Positions 1-10,532 of a DNA stretch of 64,000 bases are shown here, one piece after another. The notes beneath the pieces were generated by a model. That model ran no database searches, was not told the DNA's origin, and saw nothing but the letters and a program-made list of their open reading frames with translations. A program made the position numbers and the translations under genes. The first letter of the stretch is position 1; every line of letters begins with the position of its first letter. Source of the DNA: a virus; IMG/VR virus record IMGVR_UViG_3300035698_008252, positions 7,912-71,911 of that record; one strand, 5' to 3'.

Positions 1-596
1 CTATTAAGAGCAGACTAGAGAGAGGTTATCAGGTATACATGCTTAATAATAAAAAAGAATTCAAAGAGTTTATAAACTTTAAAGAAAAAGAATAAGGGGT
101 TATACCTATGGGATTACCAAATAAACAGAATAGAGAGAATGCTCTAACAGGTAGCTTACTATTTAGGGATTCAGGAAAGAGAACAGAGGATAAGAGGAAG
201 CTTATGTTTGTATGTGGATTCGTAGCTGTACCTGATAGGTTATTAATAAAGTCTGACTATATATATCCTATAGCAGGTATGCTTAATACAATTAATTCAG
301 CTCCTATATTTAATATCTTTGTTAATCTTAAGGCTGTAGTTAATCAAGTTAAACATAGTGCTAAAAGTTTTTCAGCTTTATTAAAAGAAAAAATTTGGGA
401 GGTTTAAATAATGTATATTACAACTAGAGTAGTTACATTTAATAACTATACAGGAGTAGTACCTGATATTATTATCTTAGGTAAATCAGAGACTTGCTCT
501 CATATGGAAATGCACCTAGCTAATATAATACTTAAACAAACATCTAAAGATACTTTTACAATGATAAAAAATAACTCAGATAATTTTTCCTGAGAC

Positions 597-625
597 TTGA
601 CAAACTAGAAAAAATATGTTATACT
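597..625 (+). promoter_or_regulatory. sigma70-type promoter (TTGACA-17-TATACT, extended -10 TG)
   Basis: TTGACA 597-602, TG-N-TATACT 620-625, intergenic just upstream of the RBS (GAGGTG) of ORF 645. Confidence 0.8.
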
Positions 626-1933
626 TGCAAAGTGAGGTGAAGAGATGCAAATTAAAGATTCAGATTTAAAAAATATTTTAGGAAAAAGAATTAAGATAAC
701 AAAGATACATGATGTAATGGACGAACATCTAGGAGGCTTAACAGGAAAAACTACTAATCCTTTTAGTTGCTTAGGAGAGGGTTGTATCATTGGAGTCTTC
801 TTAGACCCTACGGAGGGGGTAGATAGAGATATTTGTAACCTATCACTAGAGGATGAAATAGAATTTATTTAAACAGGAGGTAAGTATGGAATCAATTATA
901 ATTAATGTTGACCCTATGCTATCGGAAGTACAGACAAGAGGTATTAGGACTAGACCTATTAAATCTCTGATAGTATATGAATCAGTAGTAACTAAAGGTC
1001 AAGTAATATTCAAAGGTGTAGGTGTCAGGAATGGTAGAAATTTATGCCTAAGGATTCCTAAAAAAGTATTAGGTGAATTAGCTAAAAAAATATTAGCAGA
1101 TAAAGATTTAGTTGACCTTCATAAGGAAGTATTAAACCAGAGGTCAGGTGTATGAAATTAAAAGATAAATATACTAAGACTGATATAGCAAAGTTTGACA
1201 GGTTAGTAACTGGCAGCGAGGCTAAAGGTTTTAATAACCCTAGTAGGAATATAGCTAGAGTACAACTAAATAGCTGGCTAGCGGGATTCACAGAAAAAAC
1301 TAAGGATGCTATGTGGCAGATAGTAAAGGATATGTAATACTGTGAATAAAAATAAACCCTTAAATTTTAAATCTTTTTGTATAGAACATCTAGGATTCAC
1401 ACCCTCAAAGAAGCAAATAGAGATAGCTAAGATACTAGTACCTTATATAAGAAGCCTAGGTAAAGGCTGTAAATAGTAAAGGCTATGTAAATGAAAGAAA
1501 TAGATAAGTGTAGATGTAGACCCTGTACTCTAGAAAGGATAGCTAAAAGAGCTAGACTAAAATATTTTAGAGAGCAGTATGGAACAAAAGTAAGTCGCTT
1601 AAGAGCTATGGCTACAGGTTCAAGAGTTACTAAACCTATTACCTATATAGGTAAAATTAAACGGGTAGTACCTGGATATGGCTATATAAGAGGAATTTCG
1701 TCTGGTAGGTTATCAGGGAAAATAAGCCATAAATCTAATATTCCTAGAACAATAAAGGTTGATATGTCAAATACAGCAGAATATAGATTAGCAATACAGG
1801 TAGTTAATATAAAGACAGGACACTCAGAGATTATCTATCATGAAGATATAGTTACAGAGGAACATGCTACTAAGTTTGCTCATGCTGTTAAACATCTATT
1901 CCATTTTATTAATAGTCATTGGTTAGGTAAGAC

Positions 1934-1952
1934 TACCGAGACATAATGAGCT
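1934..1952 (+). repeat. 19-bp dispersed direct repeat TACCGAGACATAATGAGCT, copy 1
   Basis: Exact copies at 15751-15769 and 41560-41578; overlaps the stop codon of ORF 1491-1946. Confidence 0.9.
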
Positions 1953-2624
1953 AAGTGGTTTCATAAATGAAAGTGTAAATTATGAGGATGACACATGAAG
2001 AGAAAAAATAAAGCAAGAAAAAAGTATTTAGAGAAACAGCCTATAAACTTTGGTTACTGGTTGCTGGTTCTAGATAATACAGAATTAACTAATAGCTTTA
2101 TAGATAAAGGCGATTCAAGACAGCATAAATGCCTGTATGATACTCTTCAGTATCTCCAACAAATTGATAGCTCTAAGTATGACAGATTAGAAGGTTCTGT
2201 AATTATAGATAAACTAATTAAACTAGGGAGGTTAGACAGTGTATAATTATATAAAGATGCAAGCAGAAAAACAAAGAGTAACTGAGGAAGAGGGAGCTAT
2301 AGCTGATAAGGCTAGGAAAGCTAGGAAAGTAATTTTAAGAAAACAAGGTAAAGTTGTACCTACTTATGAAACTCTTAAGGTTATCCCTAGAAGTAAACGC
2401 TCAAAAGTTACTTGCAATAGTCATGGGGTAGCTCTTATAAATGAATGCAAAGTGATAGTGGTAGATAATGCTTAAGAATAAAAAAAGATTAGCTAACATA
2501 TTTATTGTTACGGTTATCTGGATTACCTGTGCATTAATAGCTATTACTATAGTAACTACTTATACGAGAGCTATCATAACTGTTTTAGATAATACAAGAA
2601 TAATAATACTTGAGAGGTGAAATA

Positions 2625-3002
2625 ATGTTTAAATATATGTTGAAAGAATTCGTACTAGCCTTGGTAATATCTATAGTAACAGTTTGTTTTATAGTTATAG
2701 CTTATGCTGAGGTAGACTTAAATCAATGTTCAGTAAATAATAATAATCCTGTATGCTCACAGACTATAGAAAAAATTGTTGAGCTAGAGGCTGTTACTGC
2801 GGTGCAAGAGGTAAAGGTTAAAGAGATAACACTTCGGGAGGTTGTAGCTGTATTAGTATCTCTCGTCGAGGATAAGCGAGATAGTGAGGCTTTAGAGATT
2901 ATAACTTACTTTACAGATGAATCCTCGTCGGTAATAGTTAGTAATCAGAATAAACTTAAATGTGTCAATGGGCTATGTGCCCCAGAAAAAGAATGGAGAT
3001 AA
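2625..3002 (+). CDS. hypothetical protein with N-terminal signal/TM segment
   Basis: Hydrophobic FVLALVISIVTVCFIVIAYA; ATG 2625 follows GAGGTG RBS. Confidence 0.55.
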   Translation: MFKYMLKEFVLALVISIVTVCFIVIAYAEVDLNQCSVNNNNPVCSQTIEKIVELEAVTAVQEVKVKEITLREVVAVLVSLVEDKRDSEALEIITYFTDESSSVIVSNQNKLKCVNGLCAPEKEWR

Positions 3003-3008
3003 GCTATA

Positions 3009-3496
3009 ATGTATACCCCTAGATTTTCTGTAGGTGATTGGGTAGAGATAAATAGTTCTGCTTGCGAGCATGATGGTCGTATTGGTAAAGTTATATCTGT
3101 AGCTATTAGAAGTAAGATGGGGTCGGATAGTGTTAGTAGAGTTATTGAGTATGCTGTGGTAGTTAATCATAGGCAGTATTGGTTCTATGGTAAATACTTA
3201 GAGAAGAGTCCTTACACATATAAGCGATTTAAATTAGGCTATCTATCAGCAGTTTACTGTAAGCTTAGAGGTAAGATTACTATAAGAATTCAGTTTACAA
3301 AAGGCTGGGATTAATGCTTAAAGATATTAAAGATAACTATGTTAAGATAAGACCAGTACATGATAAGTGGTATGCTGTGCACCTATTTACGGATAAGGTA
3401 TTATATAATCCTTACACAGGGTATACGCATAAGCTATTAAGTAAATACTCTTTAGCGAGGGTTAAAGAAGCCTTAAAGAAACTAATAGGAGAATAA
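3009..3496 (+). CDS. two small hypothetical proteins (3009-3314, 3314-3496)
   Basis: Coupled ORFs (TAATG overlap); the first begins with a KOW/SH3-like FSVGDWV. Confidence 0.5.
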
Positions 3497-3498
3497 TA

Positions 3499-3819
3499 AT
3501 GCTACAGTACCTATGGATACCTTTTGCTATCGTAATGTATTCAGTCTATGCTTGGCTGACGAAACAGAATAATTTATATCAAACACCTACATGGTTTATT
3601 TGGATGTGGATTGCTGGGTCTGTTCCATTATGGAACATAGTGAGCAGAAATTCAACTCATCTATTGACAGATGGATTCTTATATGATATAATTATATTAT
3701 TATCCTATGTTACTACAATGATTATTTTAGGTGAAGCTAAGTCATTTGTATTATGTCAATGGTTAGGTTTAGTATTATGTATTCTAGGAATTATCATGAT
3801 GAAATTAAGATTATTTTAG
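3499..3819 (+). CDS. small 4-TM membrane protein (SMR/EamA-like)
   Basis: 106 aa, four hydrophobic helices, C-terminal ILGE...QWLGLVLCILGIIMM typical of the DMT superfamily. Confidence 0.6.
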   Translation: MLQYLWIPFAIVMYSVYAWLTKQNNLYQTPTWFIWMWIAGSVPLWNIVSRNSTHLLTDGFLYDIIILLSYVTTMIILGEAKSFVLCQWLGLVLCILGIIMMKLRLF

Positions 3820-3828
3820 GAGGAAACT

Positions 3829-4566
3829 ATGGATATTAAATTTATGTCTGAGGTTAGAGTTACAGAAGGTTTTTATATAGGAGGTGTAGGTTCTGTTACT
3901 GAGTTTAGGGAGATATTAAATCACGAGGTAGAATATTATGTTGTAGGTACGGTATTGCAGGGAAGAGTCCATGTAGGTTTTAGTGCTTATATAAATAGGA
4001 ATTACCTAGAGATAGCTTAATGCAATATTTAAAAAGAAAAATTACTAAGAATATTTATTTAGTATATGGGTTTACAAATAATAAACCTAGGTATAGTTTA
4101 ATAGCTACGCTGAATACAAAAGTAAGAAGTACTTATATATATGGTTTACTTAGCAGGGAAGCACTAACACTAAAGGATTTTATTAAACTATGGAAATTTT
4201 TACAGGGAATAGTTAAAACTAAATACATTATATTTGAGGCTATAAATTCAGATGCAAAAGTATACTCAGTGTTTCTAAAACCTGTAAAATGTATTAGTAT
4301 TAAAACATTTAATGGGCATCAAGCTAAAGAATTAAAGTGCCTAACGAATAGTGTAATAAGTATAGGTAATAAATAATATGAAAATAACTATAGTAATACA
4401 GGAAGATGAGTCTAAAATAAAACAGGCTATAGCTGATGGCTGGAATAGACTCGGAGGTGATGTTAAACCTGAGGATATAAAAGATATTAATAGGGATGAT
4501 ATTATAGGAGCTGTAAGCTACCTTGATAGCTCTTGTATAGCTATTATTATTGATAAAAGAAAATGA
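3829..4566 (+). CDS. three small hypothetical proteins (3829-4020, 4020-4376, 4378-4566)
   Basis: Coupled ORFs, the first with an AGGAGG RBS. Confidence 0.55.
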
Positions 4567-4588
4567 GAGTAAACTATTGGAGGAACGC

Positions 4589-4975
4589 ATGAGTGATAGA
4601 GTAAAAAAAGAATCTAAAGCCGACCAGCTTAAACGCTGGAAGCATGAAGACTATTTAAATAATAAAAAGAAGCGAGCAGAGAAGCATAAGGAGTATAGAA
4701 AAAATAATCCTTGGGTAGCTACTTTTGTAAACGCAAAACAGAGATGTACAAATCCTAAGCTAAAAAATTATAGGTACTATGGAGCTAAAGGTATTCTATT
4801 TGAATTAACACTAGAGGAAATTAAAGAATTATGGTTTAGGGATAAGGCTTATAAAATGAATAGACCCTCCTTAGATAGGTTAAATGCAAAATTAAATTAC
4901 AACTTTGATAACTGTAGATATTTAGAGTTCAATCTTAATGCTAAGAGACATAAATATCTTGAAGGTAGAAACTAA
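4589..4975 (+). CDS. HNH-like putative homing endonuclease
   Basis: AKQRC.NP...NY..YGAKGI...WFRDKAY..RPSLDR...YNFDNCR pattern; paralog of 9330-9950; GGAGG RBS before ATG 4589. Confidence 0.65.
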   Translation: MSDRVKKESKADQLKRWKHEDYLNNKKKRAEKHKEYRKNNPWVATFVNAKQRCTNPKLKNYRYYGAKGILFELTLEEIKELWFRDKAYKMNRPSLDRLNAKLNYNFDNCRYLEFNLNAKRHKYLEGRN

Positions 4976-4991
4976 ACCTAAGGAGAAGTAA

Positions 4992-5384
4992 ATGAATTTA
5001 AAAATAAAAAAGATGCAGAATGAATATAGTATCGTAGAGATTAGAGAATTTATAAAAGCTAACTCTAAGAATCTTACTGATGAAAACTTAACTGACCTAT
5101 ATAAAATTATTTGTACTCAGAAAAAATCTAATGAGAAGTTTCTATTTGACTTACTAAACTCAAACATATTTCAATTAGCATACAAGGCTCTTAGGACTGA
5201 GAATAGATGTATTCAGGATATGAGTCTAGAGGATTTTTTGAGTGATGGTAAGTTAGTAAAAAGATTCGCTACTAAGATTCTAAATAATATGATAGTAATA
5301 AAGGAGTTTATAGGTAGGCGAGAAAACTCCAGTAAGATAGCTAAAATTAAGTATCGTAATAAAAATTTGACACAGCAGAAATAA
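4992..5384 (+). CDS. hypothetical protein
   Basis: 130-aa ORF with AGGAG RBS. Confidence 0.6.
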   Translation: MNLKIKKMQNEYSIVEIREFIKANSKNLTDENLTDLYKIICTQKKSNEKFLFDLLNSNIFQLAYKALRTENRCIQDMSLEDFLSDGKLVKRFATKILNNMIVIKEFIGRRENSSKIAKIKYRNKNLTQQK

Positions 5385-5396
5385 ATATGGTATACT
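5367..5396 (+). promoter_or_regulatory. sigma70-type promoter of the TTGACACAGCA family
   Basis: TTGACA-cagcagaaataaatatgg-TATACT, 18-bp spacer. Confidence 0.85.
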
Positions 5397-5590
5397 TAGA
5401 GAAACTAAGGGAGTACTATGGAACAGAATGATAAAATTAATATAACAGAGCTAGGAGTAACATCTAAAGAGGTTATAGGTTTAGTAAAGCTTTTCCTAAC
5501 TAAGATAGAGGTTATGAAACCTAGAGAGCGTAAAGCTATGACAGCTTACATTGAGAAACTTACAGAAACTAAGTCTGACTAGGGGGCTAT

Positions 5591-6229
5591 ATGAATTTAG
5601 TATTTTCGCCTCAGGTTAGAGGTGTTTGTTCTAAGTGCGGTAGTAAATTAAAGCTCGGGGGTTACATGATTATAGATGATGATAATCAAGCCTCAGGTAT
5701 TCTATGTCATGAGTGTAAAGATATTGAGAATGAATTAAAGGTACAGAAAGCTCGGGTATCAGTTAAACAAATCCCAGGTATAGTTTTCTGGGTAAAACAT
5801 TATCTAGTTACATCCTCTAAGAATATATTATTTATATCTCCTGTACTATCTGATAAGCAGGTACAGAGACTAGTTCTATGTAAAGATATTGATGTTTCTA
5901 TTAAATATACATAAATTAAGGAAGGTAACATGGATACTGCATATTTTAAAATGATTGGACAGAAAACTTGTGGTAAATTAGTTTTAATAGCGGTTGTTGA
6001 TGCGGAGTCTTTAGGTAAAGTACCCGATATTTTTGAGGTACAATGTATTAAGTTACCATCTACAGTTTATACAGGAACATATCCAACTCTTAAGATAAAT
6101 ACCGAAACAATAAAAGATATAACAGAAGAGAAGAAGGGATTAGGTGTTGATGGACTAATAACAGCAAGTCAATGGTATTATAAAGAGAAAAAAACAAAGG
6201 ATGTGTTTGGTATTGGGTTAGCTAAATAA
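5591..6229 (+). CDS. two hypothetical proteins (5591-5914 Zn-ribbon CxxC..CxxC; 5930-6229)
   Basis: CSKC...CHEC in the first ORF; RBS present for both. Confidence 0.55.
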
Positions 6230-6247
6230 CTATAAGGATATATATTA

Positions 6248-6805
6248 ATGCTGTGTAACGAATTATTAATCAAAGAAATTAACTATAAATCAGCTAGACA
6301 AATAGCTATAGAAAATAATGTAACTCATTCTTGTATAAATTATAGGCTTAAGAAATTAGGTATAAGTAATAGTTCATTTAAATACAAGTCTATATTAACA
6401 AGAGATTTTTTTAATCTTCATTATGTTAAACATAAGAAATCACTAAGGTTAATAAGTAAAGAGGTAAATATAGTTAACACTATTGTATCTAAATATATAC
6501 ACAAATATGGAATAACATTACGACCTAAAGGAAAAGAAATACAAAGACAGACAGAATTAGAAGCCATTATAAATGGCGAAATATGTATGTGGATAAAGTG
6601 GAAAAAATTCAGGCTTGAAATTCTTGCTAGAGATAATAATAAGTGTGTTTACTGTAGTAAGATAGCTAAGATAATTCATCATAAAAAACCTAGGAAAATT
6701 AGACCAGATTTATGCTGGACTAAATCAAATGTTGTTTCTGTTTGTGAGAAATGTCATATGCATCAGGAAGCTAAAGCTCGGAGGGATAGAAATGCCTACA
6801 ATTAA
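6248..6805 (+). CDS. HNH endonuclease with N-terminal HTH-like repeats
   Basis: RDNNKCVYC...IHHKK...NVVSVCEKCH HNH motif. Confidence 0.8.
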   Translation: MLCNELLIKEINYKSARQIAIENNVTHSCINYRLKKLGISNSSFKYKSILTRDFFNLHYVKHKKSLRLISKEVNIVNTIVSKYIHKYGITLRPKGKEIQRQTELEAIINGEICMWIKWKKFRLEILARDNNKCVYCSKIAKIIHHKKPRKIRPDLCWTKSNVVSVCEKCHMHQEAKARRDRNAYN

Positions 6806-9107
6806 CTGTAAGGAGTGCTCGCAATGGAAAAAATCCCAATCTCAGATGCAGTTTGGGAATTTTACGGAAGGTTCTGGAAATAAAAACTCAGATATTATGG
6901 TAATATTTGATAGTATATTTGAGTGTGATATTCAATCAGAGGAGATAGTATCACATAAAGTTTACAGGGATATGCTTAAAGACTTTCTTAAGTCCGCTAA
7001 TAAAAGTATAGAGGATGTTTATATAACTACATTAGTTAAATGTTATAATCCCGATAAGAAAAAGAAACCTTCTAAGACCACAGTTAGAAAATGTTTCGAG
7101 TGTAACCTATCAAAAGAATTAGAAGAGGTAAAACCTAAAGTAATTATACTATTCGGAACTCCCGCAACTAAATATTTTATACCTTCTATGATTAATATGA
7201 AGCAGATAGTAGGAGAAGCTTTTTATTCTAATACTTACAAGGCTCATCTAATACCTATATATGACCCTTATTATCTATCTAATTTTTCGTCATCAGCCGC
7301 ACAAAAAAGAAAAACTTATGAAGCTTTCGGGAAGATTAAAATATCCCTAGAAACAGGTGAGAAGAAGCATATACCTACTAAGTACTCCTCTAAAATAGCT
7401 GATATGGATATACTAGAAGATATTGTAGGAGTAGATTTAGAGACTACAGGACTAGACTATATGACAGAAAAGATTCTGACTATAGGTATCAGTGATAGGA
7501 AACATAATTTTGCATTTGATATAGGTGATAAAGGCGGTATACCCTGGGATAAGATTTTAAAGCTACTTAAAAAACGGAAGTTAGTATATCATGGTGCTAT
7601 ATTTGACATGCAGATGCATAAAGCTAGTGGTCATAGTTTAGAACATAATTTAGTAGGTGATACTAGATTACTACAATTTTTAATAAATCCTCTAGGAGGT
7701 ACTAGTTTAGATTTTCTATCTCAGTTATTATTAGGTATTAGTTATAAGGATGAGGTAGATAGAGCTAAGTTATCTGAACAGACACCTGAGTATAGAAAAG
7801 AATATTGTGCTACTGATACAACTAATACGCTACAAATATTTTACATATTATACCCCAGAGTTAAAGCACAAGGTAGTATATTAGCCTATAAAGTTTTTAT
7901 AAATATTCTAAAAGTATTATGTAATTTACAATTTAAAGGGGTACTAGTATCAAGAAAAAAGATTAGCGAGGTTGTTATATACTATCAGGATTTAAAAGAT
8001 AAGGCAGAAGCAAATTTTAAAAAACGTCTTAAATTATCTGAGGATTTTAATCTCAACTCAACCAAACAATTACAGTCAGTAATATTTGGAGAAGATAGTA
8101 AATTAAAAATGAAGGCTAAAGTTAAAACAAAAACTGGAGCATCCACTAAGGCTGAGGTTATAAAAGCATTAGCAGAAAAAAAACCTGTACTAGGGAAACT
8201 TGTAGAGTACAGAACTATGAAGGGTCATATAGAGAAAGCGTTAATGTATCTCAAGAGTATCAGCGTAGATGGTAGGATACATAGTGATTTCAATATGTTC
8301 TCTAGAGATAGTTCTAGGGTGATGTGTAGGAAACCTAACATTCAAAATGTACCTAGAGATAGTAGGCTTAAAGAAATATTTGTAGCTCCTGAAGGTTACA
8401 CTTGGGTGTACTATGATATGTCTCAGATTGAGTTTAGAGTATGGGTACATCTATCTAAAGACCCTAAAGGTATAGAGTTTATTAATAATGATAAGGATAT
8501 TCATAGATACATTGCATCTAATTTCTGGAAAATAGAGGAGTCTGCTGTAACAGGTAAGCAGAGAGATATTATTAAGAGTGTTGTATATGGTTCTATGTAT
8601 GCTAGGACACCCGAGAGTATAGCGGCTGAACATAAGATACCATTAGCGGATGCTAAACATATACAGAGAATATTCTTTAACCTATGTCGTAAAGGATACT
8701 TCTGGTTAAAACAAGTTGAACAGACAGTACAAAAAGAAAAACGATTAAAAACTCCTTTCGGTACTTATAAGTTTTTTCCTGATTTGGATTTAGCTATTGG
8801 TTATCGTAAAGAGGAGATGATGAGGTCAGCTAAGAATTATATTATTCAGAGCTGGGCTGTAGAGTTAGTCTTTATTGGTATGCATAAAATTTGGCTGGAG
8901 GTAAATAAAAGAGGTTTAGATGCAGGATTCATTCACCAGATACATGATGCTGGCATATTAGAGGTAAGAGATGACCAGGTAGATGAAGTAGTTGAGATAA
9001 TTAAAGACAATGCTAATAATCCTATAAAGCTATTAGTTCCACTTACTTGCGAAATAAAATTAGGTAAGAGTTGGGATAAGCTAAAAACATTAGAGGAGAA
9101 AAAATAA
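6792..9107 (+). CDS. polA: family A DNA polymerase with N-terminal UDG family-4-like domain and 3'-5' exonuclease
   Basis: ExoI VDLETTGL; PNIQNVP; motif A YDMSQIEFR; motif B RDIIKSVVYGSMY; motif C QIHDA; N-terminus CKEC..YITTLVKC..EVKPKVIILFG; ATG 6792 after GAGGG. Confidence 0.95.
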   Translation: MPTINCKECSQWKKSQSQMQFGNFTEGSGNKNSDIMVIFDSIFECDIQSEEIVSHKVYRDMLKDFLKSANKSIEDVYITTLVKCYNPDKKKKPSKTTVRKCFECNLSKELEEVKPKVIILFGTPATKYFIPSMINMKQIVGEAFYSNTYKAHLIPIYDPYYLSNFSSSAAQKRKTYEAFGKIKISLETGEKKHIPTKYSSKIADMDILEDIVGVDLETTGLDYMTEKILTIGISDRKHNFAFDIGDKGGIPWDKILKLLKKRKLVYHGAIFDMQMHKASGHSLEHNLVGDTRLLQFLINPLGGTSLDFLSQLLLGISYKDEVDRAKLSEQTPEYRKEYCATDTTNTLQIFYILYPRVKAQGSILAYKVFINILKVLCNLQFKGVLVSRKKISEVVIYYQDLKDKAEANFKKRLKLSEDFNLNSTKQLQSVIFGEDSKLKMKAKVKTKTGASTKAEVIKALAEKKPVLGKLVEYRTMKGHIEKALMYLKSISVDGRIHSDFNMFSRDSSRVMCRKPNIQNVPRDSRLKEIFVAPEGYTWVYYDMSQIEFRVWVHLSKDPKGIEFINNDKDIHRYIASNFWKIEESAVTGKQRDIIKSVVYGSMYARTPESIAAEHKIPLADAKHIQRIFFNLCRKGYFWLKQVEQTVQKEKRLKTPFGTYKFFPDLDLAIGYRKEEMMRSAKNYIIQSWAVELVFIGMHKIWLEVNKRGLDAGFIHQIHDAGILEVRDDQVDEVVEIIKDNANNPIKLLVPLTCEIKLGKSWDKLKTLEEKK

Positions 9108-9108
9108 C

Positions 9109-9291
9109 ATGCCTAATAAAAACTATGACAAAGAAACCATTGTAGCTAAGTTAATTAAGAATGGTTTAAAACCTAAGCCTAGCAGATATGATTTAAGATA
9201 TTGGGAAGTCAAGAAAGATAAACCTATAGGAATAAAGCTCTGGGGTTATATTGATTTCTTAGGTCTAGCTGTTTGCAGAACTTTGAAATAA
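9109..9291 (+). CDS. hypothetical protein
   Basis: 60-aa ORF adjacent to the polymerase stop. Confidence 0.55.
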   Translation: MPNKNYDKETIVAKLIKNGLKPKPSRYDLRYWEVKKDKPIGIKLWGYIDFLGLAVCRTLK

Positions 9292-9293
9292 AT

Positions 9294-9323
9294 TTGACAC
9301 AGCATACACAGATATGTTATACT
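9294..9323 (+). promoter_or_regulatory. sigma70-type promoter of the TTGACACAGCA family
   Basis: TTGACA-cagcatacacagatatgt-TATACT, 18-bp spacer. Confidence 0.85.
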
Positions 9324-9329
9324 TGAGGT

Positions 9330-9950
9330 ATGGAATTGAAATCAAATAGCGATACACTTATAAATACCGAATATACTAGTATAGAGGATAATACTAATCA
9401 CAGTATATTACTTACAAATAAGAATTTATATATAGATAATATATTAGTAGGTAAATTTAAAAACTTAACTCTTACTAAAAAACAAATACAGCGTAAAAAA
9501 TACTACCGATTATATAGACTAAAATATCCCTGGGATAACGCTAGAAGAGCTGCTTATGATAGATGTACTAGACCCGAAAATCTTACATATAAAAACTATG
9601 GCGGTAGAGGTATAAAATTATTACTAACTAAAAGAGATGTTAAAAAACTCTGGTTTAGAGATAAAGCTTATGAAATGAGTAAGCCCGCAATAGATAGAAA
9701 AAATAAGGATAAAAATTATATTTATGCTAACTGTAGATTTATAGAATTAGTAGAGAATATTATATTAGGTAATAACCGAGCAGTAAAACAATATACGAAA
9801 GATGGTAAATATATAAAGACATGGAAATCTCAGTTGGAGGCTGAAAGAGTCCTAGGACTTTGGAGAGGTGCTATTTCAGCTTGTTTAAGAGGCTACCAGA
9901 AAACCTGTAAGAATTATACCTGGAGGAGAACAAATGCCAAAAAAATCTAA
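9330..9950 (+). CDS. HNH-like homing endonuclease with C-terminal NUMOD1-like domain
   Basis: YKNYGGRGI..WFRDKAY..KPAIDR..NCRF; C-terminal VKQYTKDGKYIKTWKSQLEAERVLG...ISACL. Confidence 0.75.
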   Translation: MELKSNSDTLINTEYTSIEDNTNHSILLTNKNLYIDNILVGKFKNLTLTKKQIQRKKYYRLYRLKYPWDNARRAAYDRCTRPENLTYKNYGGRGIKLLLTKRDVKKLWFRDKAYEMSKPAIDRKNKDKNYIYANCRFIELVENIILGNNRAVKQYTKDGKYIKTWKSQLEAERVLGLWRGAISACLRGYQKTCKNYTWRRTNAKKI

Positions 9951-10515
9951 AGATAGAAAATGTCCTGACTGTGGTGGAGAAATGTGGGATAATACAGTAG
10001 GTAAAAAGCCCTCAAAAAACTACCCATGCTTTAAGTGTATAGACTGTGGGAAGGGTGTTTGGCTTACTAAAAAAGAAAAAGAAGATGCAAAGAATAATCC
10101 TCAACCTCAAGAACAAGAACCTGAACAGGTACAAACAGGAGGAAAAAAAGTGGGAAATTATAATAGCTTTGGTAACTCAGTACCGCCATCTATGTATGGT
10201 GCTTGGTGTATGAATTTAGTAGTTGCTTTTGTAGGTCAGGGAAAATACAAAGATTCTACTGAAGCACTTAAAGATTTAAAAAAGATATTTAAGGGAGCTG
10301 GAGAAATCTATAATGTAAATGCTGAAGAGACAGTAATAGATAGTCCAGAAACTAATACACAGATACCTAGTGATGCTGACTTATTAGGAGAACCTGCTGA
10401 CGTAGTGGGAGAATCCGATAACGTAGCAGAAGCAGATACTAGTAAACCTGTTAAATCAGATGATGATATTGATATAAGCGAGCTAGATACAGAATTTGAT
10501 GACCTAGATATATAA
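9934..10515 (+). CDS. Zn-ribbon protein with acidic tail (possible ssDNA-binding/recombination accessory)
   Basis: CPDCGGEMWDN...FKCIDC; very acidic C-terminus; directly upstream of recA. Confidence 0.5.
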   Translation: MPKKSKDRKCPDCGGEMWDNTVGKKPSKNYPCFKCIDCGKGVWLTKKEKEDAKNNPQPQEQEPEQVQTGGKKVGNYNSFGNSVPPSMYGAWCMNLVVAFVGQGKYKDSTEALKDLKKIFKGAGEIYNVNAEETVIDSPETNTQIPSDADLLGEPADVVGESDNVAEADTSKPVKSDDDIDISELDTEFDDLDI

Positions 10516-10532
10516 TTTATAAGGAGGTTATT

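Larger units (their letters stand above)
108..2475 (+). other. array of small hypothetical phage genes (108-407, 411-593, 645-872, 886-1155, 1152-1337, 1491-1946, 1995-2246, 2239-2475)
   Basis: Tightly packed co-oriented ORFs, most with GGAG/GAGG RBS; no recognisable motifs. Confidence 0.7.

Noticed and set aside
1934-1952. 19-bp motif as a dif/Xer site or CRISPR repeat
   Set aside because: It shares only CATAATG with dif and has no XerD arm; the copies are 14-26 kb apart with no spacer array or cas genes.
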